The translations under genes were made by a program, and so were the position numbers. 64,000 nucleotides of DNA from an uncultured Bacilli bacterium (lineage in GTDB: Bacteria > Bacillota_I > Bacilli_A > RF39 > UBA660). Location: assembly GCA_947628565.1 (NCBI GenBank), contig CANRAH010000003.1, forward strand, positions 28,047-92,046. The letters are read 5' to 3'. Within the stretch, counting starts at the first letter, position 1; every line of letters begins with the position of its first letter. Shown here piece after piece: positions 39,554 through 50,111 of this stretch. The notes under the pieces are model-generated. The model was given only the letters and a program-made list of their open reading frames with translations. It ran no database searches and had not been told where the DNA came from.

Positions 39554-42500
39554 ATGGACAATAAAATGGAATTATTTATACATAAACTTAATTTATCAAA
39601 GGAATGTGAAGATGAATTAAAAAGTGGAAAAATAGCTAAAATAATTGCAAATAAAGCTAAAACTAGTTATTGCTTTTGTATAGAATTGGATACTAATTTG
39701 AACGTTAAGGAATATATAGAATTAGTGGAAAAATTGGATCAAGCATATTCTCCTAAAATAAAAACTAATATTATATTTGATGTAATGAATGAAAATAACG
39801 ATATTATTATAGATTATTTAAAGTATGCATTAGATAAATTAAGCAATCAAAGCACTATTTTTAGAATATTAAAAGAAAATAAAATAGAATTTAAAGATGG
39901 CACTATTACTATTTATGTTAGTAATATGATAGAGGCTAATAAATTAGATGAAAACAAACTGAAAATAAAGGAAATTCTATGCAATATAGGATATAAAAAT
40001 ATTGATATAAATACTATAATAGATGAAGATGAAGAACTTAAAATAAAAGATGAAATAAATTCATCAATTATAACAGTAGATGACATAGAATTAAATAAAA
40101 GATTAAGAGAGCCATTAAAAGAAGAAACAAATGGTTGGAGAAAAAACTATAAAAGAAAAAAAATTGAAACTGTAGATGATCCTGATGTAATATTGGGTAG
40201 TGTAATAGATAGTTCTATATTAAGAATAGATGAAATATCTGGAAAAGTATCACAAGTTACATTCGATGCTCAAGTTTTTGATATAGAAATAAGAGAAACT
40301 AAAACTGATTTAAAAATAATAACTCTTAAAATAACTGATAAAACAGATAGTATATATGGCAAGCTATTTATAGATGATTCTGATGAATTTGAAAGAATTA
40401 CTAATTTACTCAAAAAGAACAATTGGTATAAATTCAGAGGAGCTATAAAAGAAGATAAGTATTCTGGTGAGGATGTTTTAAACATAACGGATATAAATTA
40501 TAGTAAGCATAAAGAAGATGTTTTAATAGATGATGCACCAATAAAAAGGGTTGAACTTCATGCACATACTATGATGAGTCAAATGGATGGTGTAACAAAA
40601 GTAGATTTGAATAAACATACATGCGAACTTGTTGAAAAAGCAATACAAATGGGATATAAGGGTGTTGCAATAACAGATCATAATGGATGTCAGGCATTTC
40701 CAATTGCTTATTCAATTATTAATTCACATAATAAAAATATAGAAGATGTAAAAGATCATTTTAAAGGTTTATATGGAACAGAACTTACTTTAGTTGATGA
40801 TACGGTTAATATAGTAATAAGACCAAGTGATTTATTACTTGATACTACATATGTGGTATTCGATACTGAAACAACAGGATTTAATGCTGCTGGTGTAGAT
40901 CAAATGATTGAAATAGGAGCTGTAAAAATTAAATCCGGAGTAATAATTGATAGATTTGATGAATTAATAGATCCGAACAGACATATTCCTGATAAGATTA
41001 CAGAACTTACTTGTATAACTGATGAAATGGTAAAAGGTAAACCTAGCGAAGAAGAGGTAACTAAAAAATTTTTAGAGTGGGCTTCGGATCTTCCAATGGT
41101 TGCGCATAATGCTAAATTTGATATTTCATTTATCGAAATGGCTATGAAAAAATATAATTTAGGTGAATTTACAAATACTGTTATTGATACTCTTGAATTA
41201 TCTAGAGCATTAGATCAGGGATTTTCAAGACATAATTTATCAAGTCTTGTTAAAAGGTATAATGTTCCTTGGGAAGAAGATGCACATCATAGAGCCGATT
41301 ATGACGCTGAAGGAACAGCTTTAGTATTTAGTAAAATGTTACAAAAGCTTACATCACAAAACTTTAAAACTATAAAGGATTTAGATAAACTTATATCTAA
41401 AGATGAAATATATAAATTTGGTAGAACATATCACTTTAATGCTATTGCAAAAAATAAAGTGGGACTTAAAAATTTATTTAAAATAATATCACTTGCAAAT
41501 ACTACATATTTGTATAAGACGCCTAGAATACTTAGAAGTAAACTTGAAAGTTTAAGAGAAGGCTTATTAATAGGTAGTGGTTGCTACGAATCTGAAGTTT
41601 TTATAGAAGCAAGAAGTAAAGAAGGACAGGAACTTACAAATATTATAAATTTTTATGATTATGTTGAAGTTCAACCACCTGAAGTATATAATCATTTAAT
41701 ACAAACAAGTGATTTTAAAGATGAACTAGAGCTTGAAGCTCATATTAAAAAAATTGTTGATAGTGTAAAAGAAGCTGGAAAAATTATAGTTGCAACAGGT
41801 GATGTACATCATTTTTTAATGGAAGATAAAATTTATAGAGAAATAATTATAAATCAAAAGGTACCAGGTGGTGGAAGACATCCTTTAGCAAAAAGTAATA
41901 TAACTAAAATTCCATCTCAACATTTTAGAACTACACGTGAGATGTTAGATGATTTTAACTTTTTAGGTGATGATCTTGCTTATGAAATTGTTGTAGAAAA
42001 TACAAATAAAGTACTTGATATGGTAGATGAAATAGAAGTTATAATAGATACTGGTGGAATACCATTTTCGCCAAGAGTAAAAAGTGATGATGGCAAATCT
42101 TATCTAGATTGCCCTAGAGTTGTTACAGACTTAGTATATCAAAAAGCGAAAGATTGGTATGGCGATCCATTGCCACAAAATATAGAATCAAGAATAGCAA
42201 CAGAACTTTATGGTGACATAGTATATAAATGTTGTAAACAGATTATAATGAATGAAAATGAAGGCAAAAATATTGATGATTTAGGAGATGAAATATATAA
42301 ACTTGTTCACACTAAAATTATGGAAGGTTATGATTCTGTCAAAACAATGCTTAAAGAATATATAGAAAAAACTTGGACAGAAGAAGATTTAGAAAAAACA
42401 GAAGAAGCTGTTAATAAAAAGTTGAAGAAAAATTTAGGTGGAATAATAGGTGGTGGATTCGACCCAATATACTTAATAGCTCAGAGATTGGTTAAACATT

Positions 42501-44230
42501 CAAATGATGATGGATATTTAGTTGGTTCACGTGGATCTGTAGGTTCTAGTTTCGTTGCAACAATGATGGGAATAACGGAAGTTAATCCATTGCCAGCTCA
42601 TTATAGATGTTTAAATTGTAAACATAGTATATTTAAGGATAAATCAGGATTAGATTTAGGTGCTACATACTCAAGTGGATTTGATTTACCTGATAAAAAA
42701 TGTCCTATTTGCGGGAATGATATGTATAAAGATGGACAGGATATGCCATTTGCCACATTCCTAGGATTTAATGCTGATAAAGTACCAGATATAGATTTAA
42801 ATTTTTCTGATTTGAATCAAGCATCTGCACACGAATATACGAAAGTGCTTTTTGGTGTTGATAACGTATATAGAGCTGGTACTATTGGTACAGTTGCTGA
42901 TAAAACAGCATATGGATTTGTTAAAGGGTATTGTGAAGATAAAAATATAGTTATGCGTACTTGCGAAATTGAAAGACTTGCACTAGGATGTACAGGCGTA
43001 AAAAGAACGACAGGACAACATCCGGGTGGAATAGTAGTTGTCCCTGATTATATGGATGTTTCCGATTTCACTCCTTATCAGTTTCCAGCTGATGATGTAA
43101 ACTCTCCTTGGAGAACAACTCATTTTGATTACCATGCAATAGATCAAGATTTACTTAAATTAGATATATTAGGACATTCAGATCCAACACAACTTCGTAT
43201 GATACAAGATTTAACTAAAACAGATATTTTGAAAGTACCATTAGATGATAAGGAAACTATGAGTATATTTACAAGTACTAAAGCACTTGGCGTTACGAGT
43301 GAACAAATTATGTGTAATACAGGGACTCTTGGAATACCAGAATTTGGGACACCATTTACTGTAAGTATGGTAGAAGAAACAAAACCTACAACATTCTCTG
43401 AACTTATTAAAATATCAGGTTTGTCACATGGTACTGATGTATGGCTTGGTAATGCCCAAGATTTAATTAAGAATAATGTAGTACCATTCAAGGAAGTTAT
43501 AGGATGTCGTGACGATATAATGGTATATTTAATGTATAAAGGTGTAGAACCTATAAAAGCATTTAAGATTATGGAATTTGTTCGTAAAGGTAAAGCATCT
43601 AAAGATAAAGAAACGTGGGCTAAACATAAAGAAACTATGGAAAATGCAGGAATAGAAAAATGGTTTATAGATTCATGCGAAAAAATAAAATATATGTTCC
43701 CTAAAGCACATGCCGCTGCATATGTTATAAGTGCATTTAGAATAGCATGGTATAAAGTACATATGCCAGTATATTTTTATGCATCATGGCTTACAAGTAA
43801 AGCAACAGATGTCGATATAGATGTTATGATAAAAGGATATGATGCTATAAAATCAAAAATCCTTGAAATACAAAATAAAGGATATGAAGCTACAAATAAA
43901 GAAATGGGTCAACTTGAAAGTTTAAAAGTTTGTCTTGAAGCGTCAGCTCGTGGAATTAAATTCTTAAAAGTAGATTTAAATAAAAGTGAAGCAACTACTT
44001 GGGGAGTTAGAGATGATAAAAGTATATATCCTCCTTTTTCTAGTATTGATGGATTGGGTGACACAGTTGCAAATAATATAGTTTCTGAAAGAGAAAAAAG
44101 ACCATTTCTTAGTATAGAAGAAATACAATATAGAGCAAAACTTTCACAAACTCTTATAGATAAAATGAAGCTTATGGGAATATTTGATGGTATGAGTGAA
44201 TCAAATCAATTAAGTTTGTTTGATATGTAG
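39554..44230 (+). CDS. polC: DNA polymerase III PolC-type
   Basis: 1558 aa with a PHP domain (VELHAHTMMSQMDG), a DEDDh 3'-5' exonuclease (VVFDTETTG...HNAKFD..HRADYDA), a zinc module (CLNCKH...CPICG) and a palm domain (GSRGSVGSS). A hairpin terminator lies at 44231-44265. Confidence 0.95.
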   Translation: MDNKMELFIHKLNLSKECEDELKSGKIAKIIANKAKTSYCFCIELDTNLNVKEYIELVEKLDQAYSPKIKTNIIFDVMNENNDIIIDYLKYALDKLSNQSTIFRILKENKIEFKDGTITIYVSNMIEANKLDENKLKIKEILCNIGYKNIDINTIIDEDEELKIKDEINSSIITVDDIELNKRLREPLKEETNGWRKNYKRKKIETVDDPDVILGSVIDSSILRIDEISGKVSQVTFDAQVFDIEIRETKTDLKIITLKITDKTDSIYGKLFIDDSDEFERITNLLKKNNWYKFRGAIKEDKYSGEDVLNITDINYSKHKEDVLIDDAPIKRVELHAHTMMSQMDGVTKVDLNKHTCELVEKAIQMGYKGVAITDHNGCQAFPIAYSIINSHNKNIEDVKDHFKGLYGTELTLVDDTVNIVIRPSDLLLDTTYVVFDTETTGFNAAGVDQMIEIGAVKIKSGVIIDRFDELIDPNRHIPDKITELTCITDEMVKGKPSEEEVTKKFLEWASDLPMVAHNAKFDISFIEMAMKKYNLGEFTNTVIDTLELSRALDQGFSRHNLSSLVKRYNVPWEEDAHHRADYDAEGTALVFSKMLQKLTSQNFKTIKDLDKLISKDEIYKFGRTYHFNAIAKNKVGLKNLFKIISLANTTYLYKTPRILRSKLESLREGLLIGSGCYESEVFIEARSKEGQELTNIINFYDYVEVQPPEVYNHLIQTSDFKDELELEAHIKKIVDSVKEAGKIIVATGDVHHFLMEDKIYREIIINQKVPGGGRHPLAKSNITKIPSQHFRTTREMLDDFNFLGDDLAYEIVVENTNKVLDMVDEIEVIIDTGGIPFSPRVKSDDGKSYLDCPRVVTDLVYQKAKDWYGDPLPQNIESRIATELYGDIVYKCCKQIIMNENEGKNIDDLGDEIYKLVHTKIMEGYDSVKTMLKEYIEKTWTEEDLEKTEEAVNKKLKKNLGGIIGGGFDPIYLIAQRLVKHSNDDGYLVGSRGSVGSSFVATMMGITEVNPLPAHYRCLNCKHSIFKDKSGLDLGATYSSGFDLPDKKCPICGNDMYKDGQDMPFATFLGFNADKVPDIDLNFSDLNQASAHEYTKVLFGVDNVYRAGTIGTVADKTAYGFVKGYCEDKNIVMRTCEIERLALGCTGVKRTTGQHPGGIVVVPDYMDVSDFTPYQFPADDVNSPWRTTHFDYHAIDQDLLKLDILGHSDPTQLRMIQDLTKTDILKVPLDDKETMSIFTSTKALGVTSEQIMCNTGTLGIPEFGTPFTVSMVEETKPTTFSELIKISGLSHGTDVWLGNAQDLIKNNVVPFKEVIGCRDDIMVYLMYKGVEPIKAFKIMEFVRKGKASKDKETWAKHKETMENAGIEKWFIDSCEKIKYMFPKAHAAAYVISAFRIAWYKVHMPVYFYASWLTSKATDVDIDVMIKGYDAIKSKILEIQNKGYEATNKEMGQLESLKVCLEASARGIKFLKVDLNKSEATTWGVRDDKSIYPPFSSIDGLGDTVANNIVSEREKRPFLSIEEIQYRAKLSQTLIDKMKLMGIFDGMSESNQLSLFDM

Positions 44231-44414
44231 AAAATTCACAATTTTATTCATTGTGAATTTTTTAATATATTATAACTTAATAATAAGTTATAATATGGAA
44301 TTTTATTAAATATAATATAAAAAACATGTCAAAAAAATTTGTTAAAATATATTTCAATTTTATTAATAATGTGTTAAAATGTTTATAGTAGACGTTAGAA
44401 TTGGAGGAATAAAC

Positions 44415-44810
44415 ATGGGTTTTATTAAAGGCTTATTTAACGATAAAGATGAAGTACAGACAGGAAATGGTAACGAATACTATGATTTGAAAGCTGAAGA
44501 TGCAGTCACTGAAGAGGGTGGAGCAAAAATGATTCTTTTAGAACCACGTGCTTATTCAGAGGCTCAACAAATTGCTGACCATTTGAAAAAAAGAAATACT
44601 GTTGTAGTCAATCTTAAAAGAGTTACAAGTGATCAAGCAAAAAGAATCATGGATTTTTTGAGTGGAACAATTTATGCAATTAAAGGAAATATTCAAAAAA
44701 TAGGTAGTGGTATTTTCTTATGTACACCAAATAATATAAATGTACAAGGAAAGATATCTGATGATACAGAAAAAGATAAAGAAAAAGATGAAGAAAATTA
44801 TGAGTGGTAA
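44415..44810 (+). CDS. sepF: cell division protein SepF
   Basis: Start at MGFIKGLF after a GGAGG RBS. The SepF core is [31 protein letters not shown]...[18 protein letters not shown]. Confidence 0.8.
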   Translation: MGFIKGLFNDKDEVQTGNGNEYYDLKAEDAVTEEGGAKMILLEPRAYSEAQQIADHLKKRNTVVVNLKRVTSDQAKRIMDFLSGTIYAIKGNIQKIGSGIFLCTPNNINVQGKISDDTEKDKEKDEENYEW

Positions 44811-44874
44811 AAAAACACTTGAAAAAGAATAATATTTGTGTTAATATATTTAGCACAACGTTTGAGGGATGCTT

Positions 44875-45354
44875 ATGGATAATAATAGTAGAACGTTTAA
44901 AAATTATACTCCAGAAGAAATCGACCATTTTTTAGATCAGATTATAAAACAAGTAGAAAAAATGATAGAAGATAATAAATCTAAAAATGTGGAAATTGCT
45001 TTGAAGGATAAGAGAATAGAGGAATTGGAAAAAATTATATCCGATTCTCGCGCTAGTTTAGAAAAACTTGCTCATTATGAGAAATTAGAAGGTACATTAA
45101 ATAGAGCACTTATGATGGCTCAAAAAACATCTGATCAAATTAAATCAAATGCTCATAAGGAAAGCGAGATAATATTAGAGGATGCTAAAAGGAACGCTAG
45201 TCGCATAGTAAACGAATCACTATTAAAAGCAGAAAAAACAGAAATGGAAGCAGAAATGTTAAGAAGAAATATTAATATTTTCAAACGTAAATTAAGAGGT
45301 TTAGTGCAAGCACAACTAGATATGGTAGATGATATTGACAAAGTGGATTTTTAA
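44875..45354 (+). CDS. divIVA: DivIVA domain protein
   Basis: The N-terminus (FKNYTPEEIDHFLDQI) and the coiled-coil body match DivIVA. The order sepF...divIVA-ileS matches Bacillus. Confidence 0.8.
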   Translation: MDNNSRTFKNYTPEEIDHFLDQIIKQVEKMIEDNKSKNVEIALKDKRIEELEKIISDSRASLEKLAHYEKLEGTLNRALMMAQKTSDQIKSNAHKESEIILEDAKRNASRIVNESLLKAEKTEMEAEMLRRNINIFKRKLRGLVQAQLDMVDDIDKVDF

Positions 45355-45374
45355 AACAAATGATAGAAACGGTA

Positions 45375-45560
45375 TATAATTAGAGATATAGAAAGTTCGT
45401 GGTTGATGGAAACGAATTCAAAGATTATATATAGATCATTCTTGATGCGAATATGAAGATATTTCCGGTAACGCGTTATAGTTTTGAGTGTATTATTAAT
45501 AAAATAAGGTGGTACCGCGGGTAAAACTCGTCCTTAGGGATTCGAGTTTTTTATTTGCAC
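45375..45560 (+). promoter_or_regulatory. T-box riboswitch leader (ileS)
   Basis: An AGAGA stem I region at about 45381. The conserved T-box sequence AAGGTGGTACCGCGGG sits at 45507-45522, followed by the terminator AAAACTCGtccttagggattCGAGTTTTTT. A candidate AUC specifier lies within GATCATT. Confidence 0.75.
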
Positions 45561-45736
45561 TAAGTTATATATATAAATTTAAGTTATCAATATTAACTGT
45601 TTATAGTTAGGGGGATTTTATGCAAGAAAAAATAAATAGTTATCGTTGTAAAAGTTAATTATTAAGATACTTTTAAGATAAGTATCAAGAGTATAATTGT
45701 TTTAACTAAAAAAATTTAGAAGAAAGGAGCTTTAAA

Positions 45737-48700
45737 ATGAAATTTGAAGAATTAGATAAAAGAAAAAACAGTGAAGTAGAAAGCGATTTAACTGAAAAAT
45801 TTTTAAAAGAAGATTTATTTGAAAAAACAATAGAAAATAGAAAAGGAGCTAAGGATTTTGTATTCTATGATGGCCCTGCAACTGCTAATGGAATGCCTGG
45901 TATTCATCATATACTTTCTAAGCTTTTAAAAGATACTTTTTGTAAGTATAAAACGATGAAAGGATACCGTGTACTTAGAAAAGTAGGTTGGGATACACAT
46001 GGATTACCTGTTGAGGTACAAGTTGAAAAAGAACTTGGATTTAGTGGTAAAGGTGATATCGAAAAATATGGTATAAAAGAATTTAATAAAAAGTGTAAAG
46101 AAAGTGTATGGAAAAATGAAGCAGCATTTAAAGACTTTACAAATAAAATGGGACAGTTTATAGATTTAAAACACCCATATATAACTTATGATAATGATTA
46201 TATAGAAACAGAATGGTGGATACTTAAGAAATTCTTTGATGCAGGATTAATCTATAATGGGCTTAAAATACTTCCATATTGTCCTAGATGTGGTACAGGG
46301 CTTGCAAGTCATGAGGTTGCTCAAGGGTATAAAGAAATAACTGTTAATACAGTAACAGTACCATTTAAAGTTAAAAATCAAGATAATACATACTTGCTTA
46401 TTTGGACAACAACACCTTGGACACTTATGTCTAATGTTGCTGCATGTGTAAACCCAAATGAAAAATATGTAAAGTGTTTATCTAAAGGATACAATTTTAT
46501 AGTAGCAGAAAAATTAGCGCATAATGTCCTTGGTGATGAATTTGAAGTTGTAGAAGAATATTTAGGTAAAGATTTGGAATATCTTGAATATGAACAATAT
46601 ATGGATATTTTAAAAGTAAATAAAAAAGCATTTTATGTAGTATGCGATGATTATGTAACTATGGAAGATGGAACAGGTATAGTACATATCGCACCTGCTT
46701 TTGGTCAAGATGACTATGAAGTTGGCCTTAAATATGACCTTCCAATACTTAATCCTGTAGATGAAAATGGCTGTTATACAGAAGGACCTTGGAAGGGTAG
46801 ATTAGTTGTTGATAGTGAACTTGAAATAGAAATAATAAAATATCTTTCAGAGCAAGATAAAATATTTAAAAAACAAAAAATGGTACATAATTATCCACAT
46901 TGTTGGAGATGTAAAACACCACTTGTTTACTATTCTAAACCTAGTTTATATATAAAAGTAACTGATTTTAAAGATAAAATAATTAAGGCTAATAAAACTG
47001 TCAATTGGTATCCTGATTACGTAGGAGAAAAAAGATTTGGTAATTGGCTAGAAAATTTAAATGATTGGGCAATATCTAGAAATAGATATTGGGGTACTCC
47101 AATTCCACTTTGGGAATGTGAATGTGGTAATAAAGAAATGATAGGCTCAAGAAAAGAATTAAAAGAGAAGGCAATAGAAGATATAGATGAGACTATTGAA
47201 TTACATAGACCTTATGTTGATGATGTGCATATTAAGTGCCCTAAATGTGGTAAAACTATGTCACGTGTTAAAGAAGTTATGGATTGTTGGTTCGATTCTG
47301 GTGCAATGCCTTTTGCTCAATATCACTATCCATTTGAAAACAAAGAACTTTTTGAAAGTCAATTTCCAGCAGATTTCATAAGCGAAGGAATTGACCAGAC
47401 AAGAGGATGGTTTTATTCACTACTTGTAATATCAACATTTATAACAGGAAAAAGTCCATATAAGAATGTACTAGTAAACGATTTGATAACTGATAAGTAT
47501 GGACAAAAAATGCATAAAAGTAAGGGTAATGCAGTTGAACCATTTACAGTATTAAATAAATATGGTGCAGATGCTATTAGATGGTATATGTTATATGCGT
47601 CTCCTGTTTGGACACAACTTAGATTTGATGAAGATGGAATTAAAGAAGTTGAATCTAAATTTTTCAGTACTTTAAAAAATACTTATACATTCTTTATGAT
47701 GTATGCGAATATTGATAACATTGATCCAAAAGAGTATGAAATAGATTATAATACTATAGATGAAATAGATAAATGGTTAATATCTAAGTATAATAAACTT
47801 GTTAAAAATGTAACAATTGCTATGGATAAATATGATCTTACTATTGCAACAAGAGAGATACAAAACTTTGTATCAGAGGATTTATCTAATTGGTATATAA
47901 GACGTAATAGGAGAAGATTTTGGGCAAGTGAAAATGATAATTCTAAACTTGCAGTTTATAAAGTAACTTATGATATATTAGTAGGTATATGTAAACTTAT
48001 CGCGCCAATCGCACCATTTACTAGTGAGGAAATTTATACTAAATTAACAGGAAAAGAATCTGTACATTTAGCTGATTATCCAACTTATGATGAAAAATTA
48101 ATAAATGAAAAAATAGAATCTAGAATGGATTTAGTAAGAGACTTAATAAGTCTTGGTAGAAATATAAGGGAAGATGTTAAAATAAAAGTAAGACAACCTT
48201 TAAGTGAAGCTTTATTAGATTCTAAAAATGAAAGTTTAATAAGCGATTTAACTGACTTAATAAAAGAGGAATTAAATGTTAAAGAAGTTAAATTTATAAA
48301 TGATGTTGAAAATTATATGAATTTTATGGTCAAACCAAACTTTAAGGAAGTAGGAAAAATATTTGGACCACTTATGGGCGAATATACAAAGAAGTTACTT
48401 GATTTATCTATGGATGATATAAATAAATTAAAGAATAACGATACTATAAAAATGTCTATAGGTGATAAAGAATATGATATTAGTTCTAATATGGTAGATA
48501 TAAAAACTAATTCTAAAGAAGGTTTTGATGTTGCAACCGATAGTAATAATTTCATAATTTTAAATACAGAACTTACAAATGATCTTGTTATGGAAGGTAT
48601 CGCACGTGAATTAGTATCTAAAGTTCAAAATTTAAGAAAAACTAAAGATTTTGATATTGCTGATAGAATAACTTTATACTATAGTGGTGATGATGAAGTT

Positions 48701-48838
48701 ACAGAAGCTGTTACTAAATTTGATGAATTTATAAAAAATGAAACTTTATCTACTGATATAGTTGTAAAGTTTAATTTACCAAACGAAGTAGATTTGAATG
48801 GCCATACTACATATATTGATGTTACTAAAAATGATTAA
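45737..48838 (+). CDS. ileS: isoleucine--tRNA ligase (long, type-2-like form)
   Basis: 1033 aa with the HIGH region PATANGMPGIHH, KMSKS as KMHKSKGN, and WCISRQRYWG-like WAISRNRYWGTPIP. Preceded by the T-box leader. Confidence 0.95.
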   Translation: MKFEELDKRKNSEVESDLTEKFLKEDLFEKTIENRKGAKDFVFYDGPATANGMPGIHHILSKLLKDTFCKYKTMKGYRVLRKVGWDTHGLPVEVQVEKELGFSGKGDIEKYGIKEFNKKCKESVWKNEAAFKDFTNKMGQFIDLKHPYITYDNDYIETEWWILKKFFDAGLIYNGLKILPYCPRCGTGLASHEVAQGYKEITVNTVTVPFKVKNQDNTYLLIWTTTPWTLMSNVAACVNPNEKYVKCLSKGYNFIVAEKLAHNVLGDEFEVVEEYLGKDLEYLEYEQYMDILKVNKKAFYVVCDDYVTMEDGTGIVHIAPAFGQDDYEVGLKYDLPILNPVDENGCYTEGPWKGRLVVDSELEIEIIKYLSEQDKIFKKQKMVHNYPHCWRCKTPLVYYSKPSLYIKVTDFKDKIIKANKTVNWYPDYVGEKRFGNWLENLNDWAISRNRYWGTPIPLWECECGNKEMIGSRKELKEKAIEDIDETIELHRPYVDDVHIKCPKCGKTMSRVKEVMDCWFDSGAMPFAQYHYPFENKELFESQFPADFISEGIDQTRGWFYSLLVISTFITGKSPYKNVLVNDLITDKYGQKMHKSKGNAVEPFTVLNKYGADAIRWYMLYASPVWTQLRFDEDGIKEVESKFFSTLKNTYTFFMMYANIDNIDPKEYEIDYNTIDEIDKWLISKYNKLVKNVTIAMDKYDLTIATREIQNFVSEDLSNWYIRRNRRRFWASENDNSKLAVYKVTYDILVGICKLIAPIAPFTSEEIYTKLTGKESVHLADYPTYDEKLINEKIESRMDLVRDLISLGRNIREDVKIKVRQPLSEALLDSKNESLISDLTDLIKEELNVKEVKFINDVENYMNFMVKPNFKEVGKIFGPLMGEYTKKLLDLSMDDINKLKNNDTIKMSIGDKEYDISSNMVDIKTNSKEGFDVATDSNNFIILNTELTNDLVMEGIARELVSKVQNLRKTKDFDIADRITLYYSGDDEVTEAVTKFDEFIKNETLSTDIVVKFNLPNEVDLNGHTTYIDVTKND

Positions 48839-48840
48839 AT

Positions 48841-48868
48841 AAAAATGCTCAAGTTTTGAGCATTTTTA
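48841..48868. terminator. bidirectional rho-independent terminator between the convergent ileS and SEDS genes
   Basis: AAAAATGCTCAAGTTTTGAGCATTTTT is a perfect hairpin flanked by A and T runs. Confidence 0.65.
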
Positions 48869-49996
48869 ATTTCTGTATCTTATATTTACATTGGATATAT
48901 TGAATATGATTCCTGTCATAATCATATAACTAAGTAAGCTAGATCCTCCATAACTTATGAATGGTAAAGTTATACCAGTAATTGGCATAATTCCAATAGT
49001 CATTCCTATATTTTGTAGTTGTTGATATATAAGCATTCCTAGAATACCACTTATTACGTATTTGTTTATATTTTTTGGACTTTCAATTGCAAGTCTAACT
49101 AATCTTAGATCAAAAAATGTAATTAAACCAATTAAAATTGTAGATCCTATAAATCCAAAATTATTAGCAAATACAGCAAATATAAAATCAGTTTGTGGTT
49201 CCGGAAAGTATATTGGTGTATTAAAAAGTCCAAATCCTATTAATCCACCACTACCAATAGACGTAATTCCATTTTCAAGTTGATATCCGCTACCACTCGA
49301 CCAATCTAGTAATCTGTCAACTCTAAGGAAAAAAGATGATCCAAATATTTTTATAAATAATTCATTGTTTATAAAATATGTAATTAAAATAAATGAAATT
49401 ATAAGCGCAAATAACGAAAAAGCTATTATAAACCATCTATATCTAATACCAGAAATAAAAAGCATTATAACTGTAATTATTAAATATATTAAAACAACGC
49501 CTGTGTCTGGTTCTAAAAAAGTTAAAATAGATGGAATTAAAACTACAATACATACCTTAAGTAAAAATATGAACTCATCTTTTAATTTGGGATTTGGATA
49601 TTTCTCTTTAAATTTATTAATCATATTAGCAAGTACTATAATTAATATAATTTTCATAAATTCGCTAGGTTGTATATTACCAATACCTGGTATTTTAAAC
49701 CAACATCTAGCATTATTAATATCTGCTCCAAAAAAAAGTACAAGTATCAAAGCTAAAACACCTATAATATAAAAAATCCAGGCATTTTTAAATAAAAATT
49801 GATTACCTATAAACATAATAAAATAAATTAATATAAATCCTATTACATACCATATAATTTGTTTTATTACAAGGCTATTATCGGTAATTAAATTTTGCGC
49901 ACTTAATATTGATATAATACTTATAATAGCAAATAAAATAATACATAAAAAAATACTTTTATCAACTTTATATTTAGATATTTTATCTTTCATATA
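48866..49996 (-). CDS. SEDS family protein (FtsW/RodA/SpoVE)
   Basis: About 376 aa with 10 TM helices and SEDS motifs (GIGNIQPSEFMKI, ...GSGYQ..., PEPQTDFIFAV). Confidence 0.75.
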   Translation of the reverse strand, partial: YMKDKISKYKVDKSIFLCIILFAIISIISILSAQNLITDNSLVIKQIIWYVIGFILIYFIMFIGNQFLFKNAWIFYIIGVLALILVLFFGADINNARCWFKIPGIGNIQPSEFMKIILIIVLANMINKFKEKYPNPKLKDEFIFLLKVCIVVLIPSILTFLEPDTGVVLIYLIITVIMLFISGIRYRWFIIAFSLFALIISFILITYFINNELFIKIFGSSFFLRVDRLLDWSSGSGYQLENGITSIGSGGLIGFGLFNTPIYFPEPQTDFIFAVFANNFGFIGSTILIGLITFFDLRLVRLAIESPKNINKYVISGILGMLIYQQLQNIGMTIGIMPITGITLPFISYGGSSLLSYMIMTGIIFNISNVNIRYRN

Positions 49997-50111
49997 AACC
50001 TCCATTATTATCTTACACTATTTTTAATATTTATACAACAAATAAAAATAAGAATAACTTGACATAGATATTATTTGATGATAGAATACTTGCTTTGAAA
50101 GGAGAATTTTA

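Noticed and set aside
44268-44290. AT-only palindrome TATAACTTAataaTAAGTTATA upstream of sepF
   Set aside because: A perfect 9-bp inverted repeat, but composed entirely of A/T in a 27% GC genome, so chance occurrence is high. It is noted only as a possible operator.
47187-47381. 64-aa alternative-frame ORF inside ileS
   Set aside because: Internal to a highly conserved gene, and no independent signals.
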